Part shown: positions 60,606 to 64,000 of the stretch, piece after piece
Layout of the letters: the number at the start of each line of letters is the position of its first letter
Position numbering within the stretch: position 1 is the stretch's first letter
DNA from: a bacterium
Lineage (GTDB): Bacteria; UBA8248
Reading direction: 5' to 3'
NCBI GenBank assembly: GCA_965213625.1
Contig: CBDBZU010000004.1
Coordinates: 3,680,001-3,744,000 of the forward strand
Length of the DNA: 64,000 nt
Notes under the pieces: model-generated
Told to the model about the DNA's origin: nothing
What the model saw: the letters and a program-made list of their open reading frames with translations, nothing else
Databases searched by the model: none
Made by a program: the position numbers and the translations under genes

Positions 60606-62951
60606 TTGGACAACACCTTCATCATCGTGTTCTTCCCGTTCGCAGCCGCCCTCATCATCCCATGGTTCGCAGAGCGTTTCCGCAAAAACGCCGCGTGGTT
60701 CGCCATGGTCGCGCCCCTCGTCAGCACCTGGGCGCTCTATAATCTTTACGGCGAATGGGCCGCCGGCGGCCGGCAGACTTTTACGCGGGCCATCGCCTGG
60801 GTCCCCGCGGCGAACGTGGAAATCTCCTTCATGGTGGACGGCTTGAGCCTCATGTGGGGCCTCCTCGTGGCGGGCATGGGCGCGCTCATCGTCCTCTACT
60901 CCCACTGGTATCTGCACGAACACGAAGCGCTGGGCCGCTACTACGGCTTTCTCATCGCGTTCATGGGCTCGATGCTGGGCGTCGTGTTCTCAGACCACCT
61001 GATATCACTCTTCATCTTCTGGGAACTCACGAGCATCACCTCGTTCTTCTTAATCGGCTTCTGGTCGGACAGGGAGGCGTCCAACTACGGCGCGACCAAG
61101 GCCATCCTCATCACGGGCAGCGGGGGCCTCGCCATGCTCGGGGGATTCCTGCTCTTAGGCGACGTGGCGGGCGAGTGGCGGCTCTCCCAACTCGTACTCA
61201 TGCCCGGAATCGCGAGCCAGATATCGCTCGGCGTCTTCTTGCTCATCATCCTGGGCGCCGTGACGAAGAGCGCGCAGTGGCCCTTCCACATCTGGCTGCC
61301 GAACGCCATGGAAGCGCCCACGCCCATCAGCGCTTTCCTGCACTCGGCCACCATGGTGAAAGCGGGCATCTATCTCCTGTCGCGCTTCTATCCCATCCTG
61401 GGCGCGCATCCCGCCTGGGGCTACGTGGTCACGGGCTTCGGCATGACGACGATGATAGCGGGGGGCCTGCTGTCCCTGCGCGCGTATGATCTAAAAGCCA
61501 TACTGGCCTACGGCACCATCAGCCAGTTGGGCCTCATCGTCACCTTCCTGGGCTTCGGCGGCAAGGGGGCGATCATCGGCGCGACACTCCATCTCTACAA
61601 CCACGCGGCGGCCAAGGCGGCGATGTTCATGACGGTGGGCATCATCGACCACGAGGCGGGCACGCGCGATGTTCGGCTGCTCGGCAACTTGCGAAAACTC
61701 ATGCCGAAAACGCATATACTCGCCGTCATCGCAGCGCTGAGCCTCATCGGCATACCGCCCATGGGCGGGTTCATCACCAAGGAGATGCTCTATGAAGTCA
61801 GCCTCCACCCCGGCGGCCCCGGCAGCTGGGCGTGGTTCTGGCCGTATATCACCGTGTTCGCGGGAGTGTTCACCGCGCTCTATCACTTAAGGTTCTTAAG
61901 CGAACCCTACTGGCAGGCGGCGGAAGGGGAAGCGCCCAAGCATCCACACGATCCGCCACTCGGGATGCTGGCGGCGCCCGCAATACTCGTTCTTCTCGCG
62001 CTCGCATTCGGCTTGGCGCCCGGCCTCATCGAGAACGCCATCGTGGCCCCCGCGGCGCAGGCCACCCTGGGCGGAGGGGCGCAACTGGAACTCCACTTAG
62101 GCCTCTGGCACGGGGTGAACATGCCCCTCATCATGTCGATTATCACCATGGCGCTGGGGCTCGCGCTTTATTTCGGCTTCGCGCACGTCAAGACCGTGCT
62201 GGACACGGTCGCCCGCGCCTGGGGGAATGCCCCCTCTCCCAACAGGATATACGACGGATTCATCGACTGGCTGAGAAACGGCACCTGGGAGATTCTCCTC
62301 CTGATACAGGACGGGAACCTCAGGCGCTACATGCGCTGGATGATGGTGCTCCCCACCGCCGCCGCCCTCTACCTCGTCTGGCGGATGGACTGGGGGACGA
62401 AGGTTTTCCCTGAGAATTTCGCGGGCGCGTCGTTTCTGCTCGTCGTGATCGCGCTCATGATCACGGGCGCAGCCCTCGCCACGGCGCTCTTCAAGCGGAG
62501 AATCGCCGCCATCCTCGCTCTCGGCACGATGGGCTACGGCATCGCGGGGCTTTATTTACTCCTGAAAGCGCCCGACTTGGCCCTCACCCAGATTATGGTC
62601 GAATCGGCCTCGGTCGTGCTGTTCCTGCTCGTGTTCTACTACCTGCCCGAGCTCAAGCCCGTGCCCTCATCGGCCGCGAAGAAGATTCGGGATTGGGGTA
62701 TCGCTATCGGCCTCGGCGTCTGTACGACACTCGTCATGGCCGCCGCCATGAACACGCACAAGTTCAGGACGATTGCGGATTACTTCATGCGCACGAGCAA
62801 GCCCGTGGCCGGGTTCAAGAACGTGGTCAACGCCATCATCGTCGATTACCGAGGGTATGACACGCTGGGCGAGATCACCGTGCTGGTCATCGCAGGGATA
62901 GCCGTCTACGCCCTCTTGCGGCTGGTGGGAGAGATGAAATGCGATCACTGA
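60606..62951 (+). CDS. mrpA: Mrp Na+/H+ antiporter subunit A
   Basis: [44 protein letters not shown]; start uncertain (TTG). Confidence 0.92.
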   Translation: MDNTFIIVFFPFAAALIIPWFAERFRKNAAWFAMVAPLVSTWALYNLYGEWAAGGRQTFTRAIAWVPAANVEISFMVDGLSLMWGLLVAGMGALIVLYSHWYLHEHEALGRYYGFLIAFMGSMLGVVFSDHLISLFIFWELTSITSFFLIGFWSDREASNYGATKAILITGSGGLAMLGGFLLLGDVAGEWRLSQLVLMPGIASQISLGVFLLIILGAVTKSAQWPFHIWLPNAMEAPTPISAFLHSATMVKAGIYLLSRFYPILGAHPAWGYVVTGFGMTTMIAGGLLSLRAYDLKAILAYGTISQLGLIVTFLGFGGKGAIIGATLHLYNHAAAKAAMFMTVGIIDHEAGTRDVRLLGNLRKLMPKTHILAVIAALSLIGIPPMGGFITKEMLYEVSLHPGGPGSWAWFWPYITVFAGVFTALYHLRFLSEPYWQAAEGEAPKHPHDPPLGMLAAPAILVLLALAFGLAPGLIENAIVAPAAQATLGGGAQLELHLGLWHGVNMPLIMSIITMALGLALYFGFAHVKTVLDTVARAWGNAPSPNRIYDGFIDWLRNGTWEILLLIQDGNLRRYMRWMMVLPTAAALYLVWRMDWGTKVFPENFAGASFLLVVIALMITGAALATALFKRRIAAILALGTMGYGIAGLYLLLKAPDLALTQIMVESASVVLFLLVFYYLPELKPVPSSAAKKIRDWGIAIGLGVCTTLVMAAAMNTHKFRTIADYFMRTSKPVAGFKNVVNAIIVDYRGYDTLGEITVLVIAGIAVYALLRLVGEMKCDH

Positions 62952-63379
62952 TCCTCCAGACGATAGCGCCCGCCGTGCTGCACCTGACGCTGCTCTTCTC
63001 CATGTTCCTGCTCATCTACGGCCACAACCAGCCGGGCGGCGGCTTCATCGCGGGCCTCATGACCTCGGTGGGCATCGTGCTCCAGTGGGTGGCGGTGGAC
63101 GCCGAAGAAGGCCGCAGGCGGTTCAACTGGCCCTACGAGGGAATCTTCCTCGCGGGGCTGGCGCTCTCTACCCTCACGGGGGTGTGGGGCTACATAAAAG
63201 GGGCGTACCTCAAAAGCTCGATATACCACTTCGCCCTGCCCTTCATCGGCGACGTGGAGCTGTTCACCGCGTTCATCTTCGACGTGGGCGTGTACGGCGT
63301 GGTGGTCGGGGTGGTGATGTGCATCTTCACCAACCTCTGCGAGAAGGAGGCGCAGGAGCCGGAAGCGAATGGGGAATAG
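62939..63379 (+). CDS. mrpB: Mrp antiporter subunit B
   Basis: [19 protein letters not shown]. Confidence 0.92.
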   Translation: MRSLILQTIAPAVLHLTLLFSMFLLIYGHNQPGGGFIAGLMTSVGIVLQWVAVDAEEGRRRFNWPYEGIFLAGLALSTLTGVWGYIKGAYLKSSIYHFALPFIGDVELFTAFIFDVGVYGVVVGVVMCIFTNLCEKEAQEPEANGE

Positions 63380-63437
63380 TTACAAGGGTGGTGCTGCGGC
63401 ATGGTAAGGGCGAAGCCCGCAACCACGCTGATGTGGG

Positions 63438-63632
63438 GTCAAACCCAAGCGAGGAGGGGTTGTTGAAAAACCTCAATGTGATCGCGTTTGACGCGAAAGG
63501 TGTTGCGAATGCAGTTGATTTTGTAGGGGTCGCATATATGCGACCCGACCGGTTCGCAGCATGTGGGCCGCATAAATGCGGCTCATGACCGAGAGGCGCA
63601 AATAGGCAGGGTCGCATATATGCGACCCCTAC
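63438..63632. repeat. IS1182-like end plus REP doublet, homologous to 4705-4823
   Basis: GGGGTTGTTGAAAAA..GATCGCGTTTGACGC..GTAGGGGTCGCATATATGCGACCC ... GGGTCGCATATATGCGACCCCTAC. Confidence 0.8.
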
Positions 63633-63658
63633 AGCAGAAGCGGCAAGGAGATATTAAC

Positions 63659-64000
63659 GTGCTCTGGATACTGGCGATGATCATCGGCGCCCTGGTGACG
63701 GTGGCTTCCTACCTCATCATGCAGCGCAGGATCATACAGGTCGTGCTCGGCATGGCGGTGCTCAGCCACGCCGCGAACCTGATGATTGTCGCCTCAGGCT
63801 GGGTGGGGGACGGCAAAGCGCCCATCGTCCCCAAGACGGGCGGTCCGTTGGACCCGTTCGCCTACGTCGACCCCCTGCCCCAGGCCATGGTGCTGACCGC
63901 CATCGTCATCAGTCTGGCCGTGACGGCCTTTCTGCTCGTGCTCGCGTTCTTCACCTACAAAAAATTCGGCACCGACGACATCGACGAGATCAGGAGGCTC
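63659..64000 (+). CDS. mrpC: Mrp antiporter subunit C (runs off the window end)
   Basis: AAGGAG RBS, GTG start, LSHAANL, DPLPQAMVLTAIVI. Confidence 0.9.
   Translation, partial: MLWILAMIIGALVTVASYLIMQRRIIQVVLGMAVLSHAANLMIVASGWVGDGKAPIVPKTGGPLDPFAYVDPLPQAMVLTAIVISLAVTAFLLVLAFFTYKKFGTDDIDEIRRL

Overview
GC-rich bacterial chromosomal window. Housekeeping and catabolic genes include sdhCAB, aceEF, mrpABC, msrB, an asparaginase, two Liv-type ABC operons, M20/M24 hydrolases, five VOC proteins, an acyl-CoA dehydrogenase, an LLM oxidoreductase and a repeat-rich autotransporter. They are interleaved with dense clusters of several palindromic repeat families and two near-identical IS1182 copies. Main observations: (1) an unannotated selenoprotein candidate (glutaredoxin UxxC + DinB fusion, in-frame TGA followed by a SECIS-like hairpin); (2) an AT-richer SIR2/DUF4020 (Dsr1-like) defence gene sitting tightly between perfectly inverted GTAG-REP sequences, suggesting a REP-bounded gene cassette; (3) non-autonomous elements with IS1182-like ends that carry other repeats; (4) a duplicated promoter/RBS/gene start of an M20 peptidase that now forms a leader overlapping the start of a SulP gene. 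No rRNA, tRNA or CRISPR array was recognised. All family calls come from motif recognition by eye, without database searches.
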